From assembly GCA_051984395.1 (NCBI GenBank), contig JBPYEZ010000124.1:1-48440 (forward strand): a DNA stretch of 48,440 nucleotides, read 5' to 3'. Position numbers and translations under genes: made by a program. The notes under the pieces are model-generated. The model saw only the letters and a list, made by a program, of their open reading frames with translations. It was not told where the DNA came from and made no database searches. The DNA comes from Acidimicrobiales bacterium (GTDB lineage Bacteria > Actinomycetota > Acidimicrobiia > Acidimicrobiales > AC-9). Below are positions 18,057-26,951 of the stretch, in pieces; positions within the stretch are counted from its first letter, which is position 1, and every line of letters starts with the position of its first letter.

Positions 18057-19556
18057 TCAGGTCGCGGTCGGGGTGCGCTTCGTGGTCCGGCTCCGGGCCG
18101 TCGCGGTCGATCCGCCGCTTGCCCGACGACGGGCGCCCGCCGGCGCCTCGGCCTTCGGTCCGGGCTCGGCATCCGCGTCGTGCTGACCGGCGGGCAGGGC
18201 CCGGGCGATCTCCTCGGCCGTGGGCTCACGCGGCACCCGGGCCTCGGGGGGGAGGAGGTCGACGATGGCGGCCATGATCCGCTCGGTATCGGCCTCGGGA
18301 TCGACCAGCTCGAGGCGCACGGGGCGACCGACGCGTGTCCGCACCGAGGGCGGATGCACCACGTTGGCCAGGTTGGGTATCCGAGACGACCGGGGCCAGA
18401 CCGCCTCCGTTCCCCAGAGCCCGATCGGGATGACCGGAGCGCCGCTCATGGCAGCGAGGCGAGCGGCTCCGGTCCTGCCCTTCAGCACCGGGTCGAAGAA
18501 GGCCCGACCGCGCGGGATCGTCCCCTGGGGCTGGATGGCCACGAGGTCGCCGGCCTCGAGCGCGCGAGCCGCCTCACGCAACGGCTGGTCCGAGCCACTG
18601 CCGCGCTCGACCCGTATCCCACCCATGGCCGTGGCCATGGGGCCGATCACCGGCGCGTCGAACACCTCCTTCTTGCCCAGGTACCGCACGGGCCGCCCCG
18701 TCTTCAGCACGGTGAGCGCGAGGGCCACCACGTCGAAATAGCTGCGGTGGTTCGCGACCAGCACCGCCGGACCGCGCTCGGGGATGTGGCTGACGTCGCC
18801 GATGTCGAGGCGGACGAACGGCAGCAGCTGCGGGTGCACGACCAGCCGCACGAAGTCGAGGGGCTCCATCCCCATGAGCTTGGGAACGCCGGGGGGTACG
18901 TCGAGGTGGAGCACGGGCCAGCGCTGGAGCCGGGCCAGCGGCAGGAGACGCAGGTCGGGGTTCACCGCGTGCGGGTGACCGACCGCCGACAGCAGCGGAA
19001 GGTCGTAGACACTGTCGGAGTAGGCGTAGCTCTCCTCGAGGGAGACGCCGGCCCGGCCGGCCCAGCGTGTGACGGCGTTGAGCTTGCCCCGAGCCCACAC
19101 GAAGCCGTCCACCAGGCCGCCCGTGTACACGCCGTCCCGCTCGGCGTAGCGGGTGGCCACCAGGTCGTCGAAACCCAGCCGCTCCGCCAGCGGCGCGATC
19201 AGGTCGTAGGGCGTGGTGGTCGCCAGCACCAGCACGCGGCCCGCCTCCCGGTGCTCCGCCAGCAGGGGCCTGGCGTACGGGCTGACGAGGCGCTCCAGCC
19301 GCTCGGCGGCGGCCTTGCCCGCCTGGCGGACGACATCCACCGGCCAGCCGCGGGCCATCAATGCCGCGCTCCTCGTGAGCGCCATGGACGGCAGGGTCTC
19401 ACCCATGAGGTTGTAGATGCCGAACAGCAGCGCCTCGCCGGGCAGCCGCCGGCCCCCGGTCAGACCCGCCTCAGCGACGACCTCGTTGAGGGCCGGGCCG
19501 CTCGGGCCCTTGAGGAGCGTGCGATCCAGATCGAAGAAGGCGGCTCCGGGGCTCAT
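18057..19556 (-). CDS. HAD-IB phosphatase / PlsC acyltransferase fusion
   Basis: FFDLDRTL, AYSDSVYDLPLL, AVNPD; then NHRSYFD, PQGTIPRG, PVIPIG. Confidence 0.9.
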   Translation of the reverse strand: MSPGAAFFDLDRTLLKGPSGPALNEVVAEAGLTGGRRLPGEALLFGIYNLMGETLPSMALTRSAALMARGWPVDVVRQAGKAAAERLERLVSPYARPLLAEHREAGRVLVLATTTPYDLIAPLAERLGFDDLVATRYAERDGVYTGGLVDGFVWARGKLNAVTRWAGRAGVSLEESYAYSDSVYDLPLLSAVGHPHAVNPDLRLLPLARLQRWPVLHLDVPPGVPKLMGMEPLDFVRLVVHPQLLPFVRLDIGDVSHIPERGPAVLVANHRSYFDVVALALTVLKTGRPVRYLGKKEVFDAPVIGPMATAMGGIRVERGSGSDQPLREAARALEAGDLVAIQPQGTIPRGRAFFDPVLKGRTGAARLAAMSGAPVIPIGLWGTEAVWPRSSRIPNLANVVHPPSVRTRVGRPVRLELVDPEADTERIMAAIVDLLPPEARVPREPTAEEIARALPAGQHDADAEPGPKAEAPAGARRRASGGSTATARSRTTKRTPTAT

Positions 19557-19724
19557 GTCGCTCACGCTACTCCGGCCTCCCCCAGACGCGGCGAAGGGAC
19601 CAGCCGGGGGGGTAGCCGGTCCCTTCACTCAGATCCCAGAGGTGCCGGGAGGGGGGATTCGCGGCCCTCTGTGGTCTGACACCCATTATCGGTGCGGGGC
19701 CCCCATCTGTCCAACAGTTATTGG

Positions 19725-19739
19725 TGATATATGTCATCA
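19725..19739. promoter_or_regulatory. AT-rich dyad TGAT-N7-ATCA, possible LysR binding site
   Basis: TGATATATGTCATCA in an AT-rich patch just upstream of the LysR start, between divergent genes. Confidence 0.35.
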
Positions 19740-19748
19740 TTACAAGCG

Positions 19749-20786
19749 ATGGATCTGCGCCAGCTCAACGCTCTCCTGGCGGTCGCCGACCACGGCAGCT
19801 TCACGGCTGCAGCCGACGCCCTGGCCACCGTCCAGTCGAACGTGTCCGCCCACATCGCCCGCCTGGAGCGGGAGGTAGGCGCCGTCCTGGTGGACCGCGC
19901 CACCGGGGACCTGACCGAGGAGGGGGAGGCGGTCGCCGCCCGGGCCCGACGCGTCGGTGTCGAGCTCGAGGCGGTCATCGGTGACCTGGCCGCCCTGCGC
20001 GACGAGGTCGCCGGCACGGTGCGGATCGGCATGGTCGGGACCACCGCCCGCTGGCTCGCCCCCCACATCCTGCGGACCGCCGCCGCCCGCCACCCCAAGG
20101 TCCACCTGGTCGTCGTGGATGGCATCTCCACCGCCTTGGAGCCCCAGCTGGCCACCGGTCAGCTGGACCTGGCCGTGGTCAACCCACCTGCCCCGACCGC
20201 CGATCTCAGCTTCACGCCCCTGTTCGAAGAGGATCTGGTGCTCGTCGTCCGAGCCAACGATCCCTTGGCCAAGCGGGGACCGCTGGACCTGTCCGAGCTG
20301 GCGGGCCTCGAGCTGCTCCTGCCGCTGCCGGGAACGTCGTTCCGCGACGAGCTGGACCAGGCCGTCCAACCCTGCGGGATCACCCTCACCCCTCGGGCCG
20401 AGCTCGACGGCGTCCGGCTCATCGCCTCGCTCACCTTCGACGGCCACGGGCCCGCCATCCTCCCGGCCACCGCGGTCCCCGAGTACCTCAGGCGCCAGTG
20501 GCGGCTCGTCCAGTTGCGGGGAGCCCCCCGGCGCCGGATCGGCGTGGCCCAACGCGCTCGGGGACTGCCCTCGGCGCCGGCACGGGCGCTGCTGTCGATC
20601 CTGTACGAGGTGGTGACGGACCGATCCACCGCCCTGGACGAGCTGCACGTGGTGCCCGAGCTTCTCGGGGGACGGTTAGGGTTTGCACCTCGACCCGCCC
20701 GCCTCGCCGGTGGGTCCGATCCGGGAAGAGGGGTCACAGCCGTGAAGGGGGGCAGCCGGGCAGCTGCGTCGAGGCGGGGCCGGTGA
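19749..20786 (+). CDS. LysR-family transcriptional regulator
   Basis: MDLRQL..LLAVADHGSFTAAADAL..VQSNVS.HIARLEREVG HTH; GQLDLAVV substrate domain. Confidence 0.93.
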   Translation: MDLRQLNALLAVADHGSFTAAADALATVQSNVSAHIARLEREVGAVLVDRATGDLTEEGEAVAARARRVGVELEAVIGDLAALRDEVAGTVRIGMVGTTARWLAPHILRTAAARHPKVHLVVVDGISTALEPQLATGQLDLAVVNPPAPTADLSFTPLFEEDLVLVVRANDPLAKRGPLDLSELAGLELLLPLPGTSFRDELDQAVQPCGITLTPRAELDGVRLIASLTFDGHGPAILPATAVPEYLRRQWRLVQLRGAPRRRIGVAQRARGLPSAPARALLSILYEVVTDRSTALDELHVVPELLGGRLGFAPRPARLAGGSDPGRGVTAVKGGSRAAASRRGR

Positions 20787-22630
20787 CACCGACCGGTCGG
20801 GCCGGGCGCTCCCATTCGGTCTCCCGCCGGCTGGCTTTCCTGCTCGCCGCCAGCCGGTCCGTGGCGGCCAGCCTCGGCGAGGACGACGCCCTCGCCGCCT
20901 TCGCCCGCATCGCCGTCACCGCCATGGCCGACCTGTGCATCATCGACCTGCGTGAGCCCGACGGTCGGCTGCGCCGGGCGGCGGTCGCCCACGCCGACAG
21001 GGACGTCGAAGCACGCCTTCGCCAGGCCCTGCCCAGGTGGCCGCCCGACCCCGAGGGACACCATCCTGCCGCCGAGGCGCTGCGCACCGGAGAAACCCAG
21101 GAGGCCGCCGAGCTGGCCCCCGGGTTGCCGGACTCGGCCACGGCCGATCCGGAGGCGGCCCGACTGCTGCGTCAGCTCGGCCTCTCCTCCGCCCTGGCCG
21201 TGCCGCTGACCGCTCGCGGTCACACCCTCGGGACGGTCCTGCTCCTGTCGACGGCGACCGGACGGGCCTTCGGTCCCGACGACGTCGACGTCGCCGAGGA
21301 CGTCGCCCGCCTGGCCGCGCTCGCCGTGGACAACGCCCGCCTCGTCGCCGGTGAGCGCGCCTCGCGCCACATTGCCGAGGCGGCCCGAGCTCGGGTCGCG
21401 CTCCTGGCCGAGGCGACGAGCCTGCTCACCGAGACGCTCGAGCCCACCACCGCGCTCGAGCGCCTGGCGGCGCGCCTGGTCCCGGTACTGGCCGACTGGT
21501 GCCGGGTCGACCTGTTCGACGAGACGGTCGGGGTGCGGCGGGCGGCCATGACCCATGTCGACGCGGCCACCGAGACGGCCCTTCGGGCCGTCGAGGACGG
21601 TGTCACGATCGACCCGGGCAGCGACGCCCCGGTGGCCCGGGTGCTCCGAACCGGCGACCCGATCCTGCTCGAGGAGACGCCCGACGAGGTGCTCGTGGCC
21701 AGCGCCCGCACCAGGGAGCAGCTCGACCTCTACCGGTCCCTCGGTCTTCGCTCCCTGCTCGTCGTGCCGCTCCAGGCCCGCGGCGACGTGCTCGGCACCC
21801 TCACGATGGGCACGGCGGGCTCCGGACGGCGCTTCGACGACAACGACCTGGCGCTCGCTCGCGATCTGGGCCGGCGGGCGGGGCTGGCCCTCGACAACGC
21901 CCACCTGTACCAGCGCGAGCACCGGACGGCGGCGGTTCTCCAGCACGCCCTGCTGCCCAAGCAGCTCGCCCCCGTTCGCGGCCTGGCCCTCGCCGCCCGC
22001 TACCTGCCCGCCACGACCGGCGCCGAGGTCGGCGGCGACTGGTACGACGTCCTCCCCCTGGCGGACGGCCGGGTCGGGCTGGTGATCGGCGACGCCGTCG
22101 GCCACGACATCGAGGCGGCCAGTGTCATGGGGACGCTCCGTCACATCCTGCGGGCCTACGCCTGGCCCGGAGGGAACCCGGCGTCGGTGGTCCGGCGGCT
22201 CGACGAGCTCGCCCTCGGACCCGAGCCCGATGCCCTCGCCACGCTCATCTACGCCACCTACGATCCGGACAGCCGCCAGCTCACATGGACCAGCGCCGGC
22301 CATCCTCCCCCGCTGCTGGTGCGACCGGACGGGCGGGCCGACTACCTGCTCGGCGCCAACTCGACGCTCGTCGGGGTGGGGCCGGACGTCGATCGAACCG
22401 AGCGGGCGGTGAACCTCGACGTGGGGGCCACGCTCGTGCTCTACACCGATGGGCTGGTGGAGACACGTCACGACTCGCTCGCTGACGGGCTGGACCGTCT
22501 CGCCGCGCTCGCCCAGCGGCGGTCGCCGGCGTCACCCGACGATCTGGTGGACGTGCTCCTGGCCGACGTCGTGGCAGCCGAGCACCGCAAGGACGACGTC
22601 GCCATCCTGGTGGCGAGGGTCGTCGGCTGA
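20783..22630 (+). CDS. Tandem GAF domains + SpoIIE/PP2C Ser/Thr phosphatase
   Basis: Two GAF repeats (LAVPL.ARG..LG...DNA), LQHALLP, EVGGDWYDV, IGDAVGH, SAGHPPP, LYTDGLVE, DDVA; GTGA overlap with LysR. Confidence 0.92.
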   Translation: MTPTGRAGRSHSVSRRLAFLLAASRSVAASLGEDDALAAFARIAVTAMADLCIIDLREPDGRLRRAAVAHADRDVEARLRQALPRWPPDPEGHHPAAEALRTGETQEAAELAPGLPDSATADPEAARLLRQLGLSSALAVPLTARGHTLGTVLLLSTATGRAFGPDDVDVAEDVARLAALAVDNARLVAGERASRHIAEAARARVALLAEATSLLTETLEPTTALERLAARLVPVLADWCRVDLFDETVGVRRAAMTHVDAATETALRAVEDGVTIDPGSDAPVARVLRTGDPILLEETPDEVLVASARTREQLDLYRSLGLRSLLVVPLQARGDVLGTLTMGTAGSGRRFDDNDLALARDLGRRAGLALDNAHLYQREHRTAAVLQHALLPKQLAPVRGLALAARYLPATTGAEVGGDWYDVLPLADGRVGLVIGDAVGHDIEAASVMGTLRHILRAYAWPGGNPASVVRRLDELALGPEPDALATLIYATYDPDSRQLTWTSAGHPPPLLVRPDGRADYLLGANSTLVGVGPDVDRTERAVNLDVGATLVLYTDGLVETRHDSLADGLDRLAALAQRRSPASPDDLVDVLLADVVAAEHRKDDVAILVARVVG

Positions 22631-22693
22631 TGCGGTACCCGCCAGTCGGCCCGCTTGGAACGCGGGGTCCCCGGGTAGATCGCCCACATCGGG

Positions 22694-23119
22694 CTGAGCA
22701 CCACGCTTCCGCACGACCCGTCCAGCGCGCGCGAGGCGCGGCGGTTCGTGCGCGCCTTCGTCGCCGGCTGGGGCGAGCCCGGCCGTGATGAGGTGGCGGC
22801 CCTGCTGGTCACCGAGCTGGTGACCAACGCCCTGCTGCACGCTCGCTCGGGCCCCGAGGTCACCGCCCGCCTGGACGGCGGGCGTCTGCGGGTGGAGGTG
22901 ACCGACGACAGTCCGACCCCGCCCGTCCGCCACCGCCGCAGCCCCCGCACGGGTACCGGGCTTGGGATGATCCTGGTCGACGAGCTGGCGTCGGCGTGGG
23001 GCGCCGAGCCCGCTGGCACGGGCAAGGTCGTGTGGTTCGAGCTGGAGGCGGGATCGGACCCGGGACGGGGCGAGCACGACCGCCGTCACCTCGCCCCCGC
23101 CACCGAGGCCAGGCGGTGA
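22694..23119 (+). CDS. RsbW-like anti-sigma factor / ATP-binding Ser kinase (HATPase_c_2)
   Basis: LPHDPSSAREARRFV, LLVTELVTNALLHA, VEVTD, GTGLGMILV, WG...GKVVWFEL; start uncertain (see findings). Confidence 0.85.
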   Translation: MSTTLPHDPSSAREARRFVRAFVAGWGEPGRDEVAALLVTELVTNALLHARSGPEVTARLDGGRLRVEVTDDSPTPPVRHRRSPRTGTGLGMILVDELASAWGAEPAGTGKVVWFELEAGSDPGRGEHDRRHLAPATEARR

Positions 23120-24063
23120 CGTCCGGCCCAGCAGATGGCTCGCTGGTCGAGCTCAGCGATCCCCCGTCGGCCGCCGCGAGCCCCGACGGCCCGGTCGAGG
23201 TCGTCGTGGTGCACCGGGACCAGCCGGCGGCGTGTGTCCGAACCGTGCTCGCCCTGCACCGTCAGGGGGTACCGGTGCACGTCACCGTCGTCGACAACGG
23301 CTCGGGAGCGCCCGGGCTGTCTGCCCTCCGGGCCCTGGCCCGTCACCTCTCCACCGTCGAGGTGGTGACCCTCGGGCGCAACACCGGCTTCGGACCCGCG
23401 GCCAACGTCGGGCTCCGACGGTGGCTCGAGCGCGGCGACGACGAGTGGGTCGCGGTGGTACCGCACGACGCGCTACCCGAGCCCGGCTGCCTGAGCCGGA
23501 TCCTCGCCGCCGCGTCGTCGCGTCCCGACGCCGGTCTGGTGAGCGCCGAGTTCGGCCGGGCCCATGACTCCAGGCCCGTCGTCGATCGCTACATCGGCGC
23601 CTACGCCTCCCCCGGCCGCGCCAGCGAGGGCTGGGAGGACGCCGACTACCCGCACGGCACCCTGCTCGTTGCCAGGCGGGCCGCCCTGGTCGAGATCGGT
23701 CTGTTCGACGAGCGGTACTTCGCCTACTGCGAGGAGGCCGACCTCGGCGTACGGGCGACCCGCGCCGGCTGGAAGGTCGGGATCATCTGGGGGGCGGTGG
23801 TCAACAATCCGGGACACGGTGAGAGCGAGATCGTCCGCTACCTGAAGCTCCGCAACACGCTCCTGCTGGTCCGCGAGCACTTCGGGTCGTACCCGGCCGC
23901 CATCAGGTGCACCTTCGCCCTGCTCACCCTGGTGGCCCGTTCGTTCCGCCGGCAGGCTCGGGCGACCGACGCCGTCGGCCGAGTGGAAGGCCGGGCGATC
24001 CTCGACTTCGTGCGGGGCCACTTCGGCCCACCGCCACCGTCTCTGCTGCGGGTCCAAGCCTGA
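23116..24063 (+). CDS. Glycosyltransferase family 2
   Basis: VVDNGS, NTGFGPAANVG, PHD, GLFDERYFAYCEEADL; GTGA overlap. Confidence 0.88.
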   Translation: MTSGPADGSLVELSDPPSAAASPDGPVEVVVVHRDQPAACVRTVLALHRQGVPVHVTVVDNGSGAPGLSALRALARHLSTVEVVTLGRNTGFGPAANVGLRRWLERGDDEWVAVVPHDALPEPGCLSRILAAASSRPDAGLVSAEFGRAHDSRPVVDRYIGAYASPGRASEGWEDADYPHGTLLVARRAALVEIGLFDERYFAYCEEADLGVRATRAGWKVGIIWGAVVNNPGHGESEIVRYLKLRNTLLLVREHFGSYPAAIRCTFALLTLVARSFRRQARATDAVGRVEGRAILDFVRGHFGPPPPSLLRVQA

Positions 24064-24090
24064 GCCCGGCGGGAGGGTGGCCGCCCGCGG

Positions 24091-25488
24091 TCAGCTGTGG
24101 TGCGGCTCTCCCCCCGCCGGCGCCTGCTGCTCCTGGAGGGCGCGGGCGACGGCCTCGAGGATCTTCGAGGCATCCCGGTCGAAGTGCTCGCGGGCCCGGA
24201 GGAACACGAGCGCACCGCCGAAGACCGGAAGGCTCACGAGCAGCAGGGCGGTGCGGAAGTTGTTGCCGAGCGCGCCCGCCAGGGCGAACACGATCACCGA
24301 GGCGGCCGCCTGCCCGCCCACCACGGAGACGAGGTTGAAGGCGCCGAAGCCCGCTCCCCGGAGGTTGGCCGGCACGGCGTCCGAGAGGCCGGCCCGCAAC
24401 GACGGCACGGCCAGGGCGATGACGAAGAAGCCCACGACCTCCAGGCCGAAGGCCGGACCGAGCGGCAGCCAGAGGTACGACAACACGAAGATCGCCTCAC
24501 CGACCATGAGGCACACGGCCGGCACGGCCATGCGCCCGCCTCGGATGCGGGGGGCGAACCGATCGGCCAGCCGGCCCCCGAGGAGCACCCCCGGGATCCC
24601 CCCCAGGATGACCAGGGCGCCGACGAACGCCTCCGCCGTGCCGGTCGCCACGTGCAGCTGGCGCTCGTAGAACTGCGGGAGGGCGGCCGCCGCCGCGATC
24701 ACGGTGAAGAGCACCGCCGACACGCCGACCAGGGCGTAGCGCATGGTGGGTATGCGCGCGATCGTGCCGAGGTCGGCGGCCAGGCCGCGGACCATGTCGC
24801 CGAAGAATGCGGCGACCCCTCCGGCCAGGGGCCCGGCCGGACCCTCACCGCCGCCTCCGGCGTCGTCCACGCCCAGCTGGAGACGATCACCGTGACCGCG
24901 CCGCGGTTCGGCCAGCCGGTACACGGCCACGGCGATGAGCACCCCCGGCACGCTCACGACCAGGAAGGCGGCCCGCCAGCCGAGGGTCGCGCCGACGAGC
25001 CCCCCGATCCCCAGCCCGGCGCCGAAGCCCACAAAGAAGAGGCACTGCTGCACCGAGAACGCCTTGCCCCGCTCCGCCACCGGGTAGTGGTCGGCCAGCA
25101 GGCTCGCCGTCGCCGGCTCGGTGACGGCCTGGCCGAAGCCCAGCGCCGAGCGGATGGCGATCAGGGCGGGATAGCTCCAGGCGGCGGCGGTGAGGGAGGT
25201 GATCGCCGACCAGATCACCACCGTGTGGCCGACGGTGCGGGTCCGGTTCCAGCGGTCGGCGAGGTAGCCGGCCGGCACGCTCACGAACCCGTTGACGACG
25301 ATGAAGCAGGACAGCAGCACCCCGACCTGGAGGTCGGTCAGATGGAAGGCGTGCTGGATCGGGGTGGCGACCCCTCTCACGATGTTCTGGTCCGCCTGGT
25401 CGATCATGATGACGAGACCGAGCACCCACATCGGCCACGAGGACACCCGGTCGATCGGGGCAACGCCCGGCCGCGAAGCGGTCGTCAT
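24091..25488 (-). CDS. MFS transporter (spinster-like)
   Basis: DQADQNI, GYLADRWNR, GWRAAF, EPRRG, GGRLADR; about 12 TM segments. Confidence 0.9.
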   Translation of the reverse strand: MTTASRPGVAPIDRVSSWPMWVLGLVIMIDQADQNIVRGVATPIQHAFHLTDLQVGVLLSCFIVVNGFVSVPAGYLADRWNRTRTVGHTVVIWSAITSLTAAAWSYPALIAIRSALGFGQAVTEPATASLLADHYPVAERGKAFSVQQCLFFVGFGAGLGIGGLVGATLGWRAAFLVVSVPGVLIAVAVYRLAEPRRGHGDRLQLGVDDAGGGGEGPAGPLAGGVAAFFGDMVRGLAADLGTIARIPTMRYALVGVSAVLFTVIAAAAALPQFYERQLHVATGTAEAFVGALVILGGIPGVLLGGRLADRFAPRIRGGRMAVPAVCLMVGEAIFVLSYLWLPLGPAFGLEVVGFFVIALAVPSLRAGLSDAVPANLRGAGFGAFNLVSVVGGQAAASVIVFALAGALGNNFRTALLLVSLPVFGGALVFLRAREHFDRDASKILEAVARALQEQQAPAGGEPHHS

Positions 25489-25578
25489 CGCCGCTTTCTA
25501 GCCGATCGGGTCGAAATGCGGCGAACCGGTGGAAATCGCCGGGCATCTGCCGCGACCCTGACACGGGAGTCAGGTACG

Positions 25579-26901
25579 GTGGCGGGCGTGAGCGTCGGGG
25601 ACGAAGCCGACGGGGTCGAGGAGCGGTCCCCGGCACCACCTTCGTCGCCGCCGGTCGCCGCCTACCGGGCCGCACGGCGCTTCTTCACCGACCCCCGTAC
25701 GATCGGCGTCGCCCAGGCCGGTCCCCGGACCGCCGCCTTCATGGCCCGCACGTGGACCCGGAGCCGCGAGTCGGTCGGCGACCCCGACGCCGTCCCGGCG
25801 CGACCGTCGCTCGGCCTTGCCGTCCAGGTGCTGCTGGACGAACTGCTCATCTCCACCATGAAGAATCCCCGCCTGCTGCCGCGGCGGGCGGACTACGAGC
25901 GCGCCGGCGTCGAGATCACCCGCGCCTTCGAGCTGTACCGGGAGCGGGGCTGGCTCCACCACCCCGAGGCCTACCACCGGGCACCGACCGCGCCGACGGC
26001 GTGGTCGACACGCGGCGAGCGGGTGCTCGGCCAGCCCTACGAGCACTTGAGCTTCCAGAGCGGGTACGAGCCCCATCGGGGCGAACCCGGTCGAGAGCGC
26101 TGGCTCGAGCGCGACGCCAACGGCACCGCCCACGCCTGGGTGCTGCGCCAGGCGCAGGGGGGTCGCCCGTGGGTGATCTGCATCCACGGGTTCGGCACCG
26201 GTGCGCCCTTCGTCGACCTGCGGGCCTTCCGGGCCCGACGCCTGCACGGCGAGCTCGGATTGAACGTGGTGGTGCCGGTGCTCCCACTGCACGGTCCGCG
26301 CCAGCAGATGGGGGTCGCCAGCGGCGACGGCTTCATGTCGATCGACCTGGTCGACACCGTGCACGCGCTCGCCCAGTCGGCCTGGGACATCCGGTCGATG
26401 ATCGCCTGGGCCAGGGCGGTGGGCGGCGACGCACCGGTCGGCGTCTGGGGACTCTCCCTCGGAGGCTACGTCGCTTCTCTGGTGGCGGCGCTGGAGCAAG
26501 ACCTGGCCTGTGCCATCGCCGGCATCCCCGCCACCGACATCCTCGACCTCTACCACCGCCACAGCCCGGACGCGGTGCGCAGGCGGGCCCTCGAGCACGG
26601 CGCGCTCGGGCCCGAGGCGACGGCGGTCCAGAGCGTGGTGTCGCCGCTCGTGCTGACGCCGAAGCTCCCACGGGATCGGCGCTACGTGTTCGCCGGCCTC
26701 GGTGACCGCATGTCCACCTTTGGCCAGGCCCTGCGCCTGTGGGAGCACTGGGACCGGCCCAGCATCGCCTGGTACCCCGGCGGCCACGTGGGCTTCTGGT
26801 GGGCGGGACGAGTCAACCAGTTCGTCACCGAGGCGCTGACCTCGTGCGGGCTGGCCGTGCCCGCGAAGACGCAGCGCCCGCCGTCGGACGCCACGGCGTA
26901 G
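25579..26901 (+). CDS. Alpha/beta hydrolase
   Basis: ICIHGFG, LPLHGPR, nucleophile elbow GLSLGG, DR, GGH; true start lies inside the long 24097 ORF. Confidence 0.82.
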   Translation: MAGVSVGDEADGVEERSPAPPSSPPVAAYRAARRFFTDPRTIGVAQAGPRTAAFMARTWTRSRESVGDPDAVPARPSLGLAVQVLLDELLISTMKNPRLLPRRADYERAGVEITRAFELYRERGWLHHPEAYHRAPTAPTAWSTRGERVLGQPYEHLSFQSGYEPHRGEPGRERWLERDANGTAHAWVLRQAQGGRPWVICIHGFGTGAPFVDLRAFRARRLHGELGLNVVVPVLPLHGPRQQMGVASGDGFMSIDLVDTVHALAQSAWDIRSMIAWARAVGGDAPVGVWGLSLGGYVASLVAALEQDLACAIAGIPATDILDLYHRHSPDAVRRRALEHGALGPEATAVQSVVSPLVLTPKLPRDRRYVFAGLGDRMSTFGQALRLWEHWDRPSIAWYPGGHVGFWWAGRVNQFVTEALTSCGLAVPAKTQRPPSDATA

Positions 26902-26951
26902 GCGCTCGGCCGCCAGCACCTCGCCGCCGCGTTCAGGTCCAGTCGCTCGTC

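Noticed and set aside
24097-25578. N-terminal half of the 934-aa ORF, suggesting a large fusion hydrolase
   Set aside because: It is the antisense of the MFS gene; the hydrolase starts near 25579
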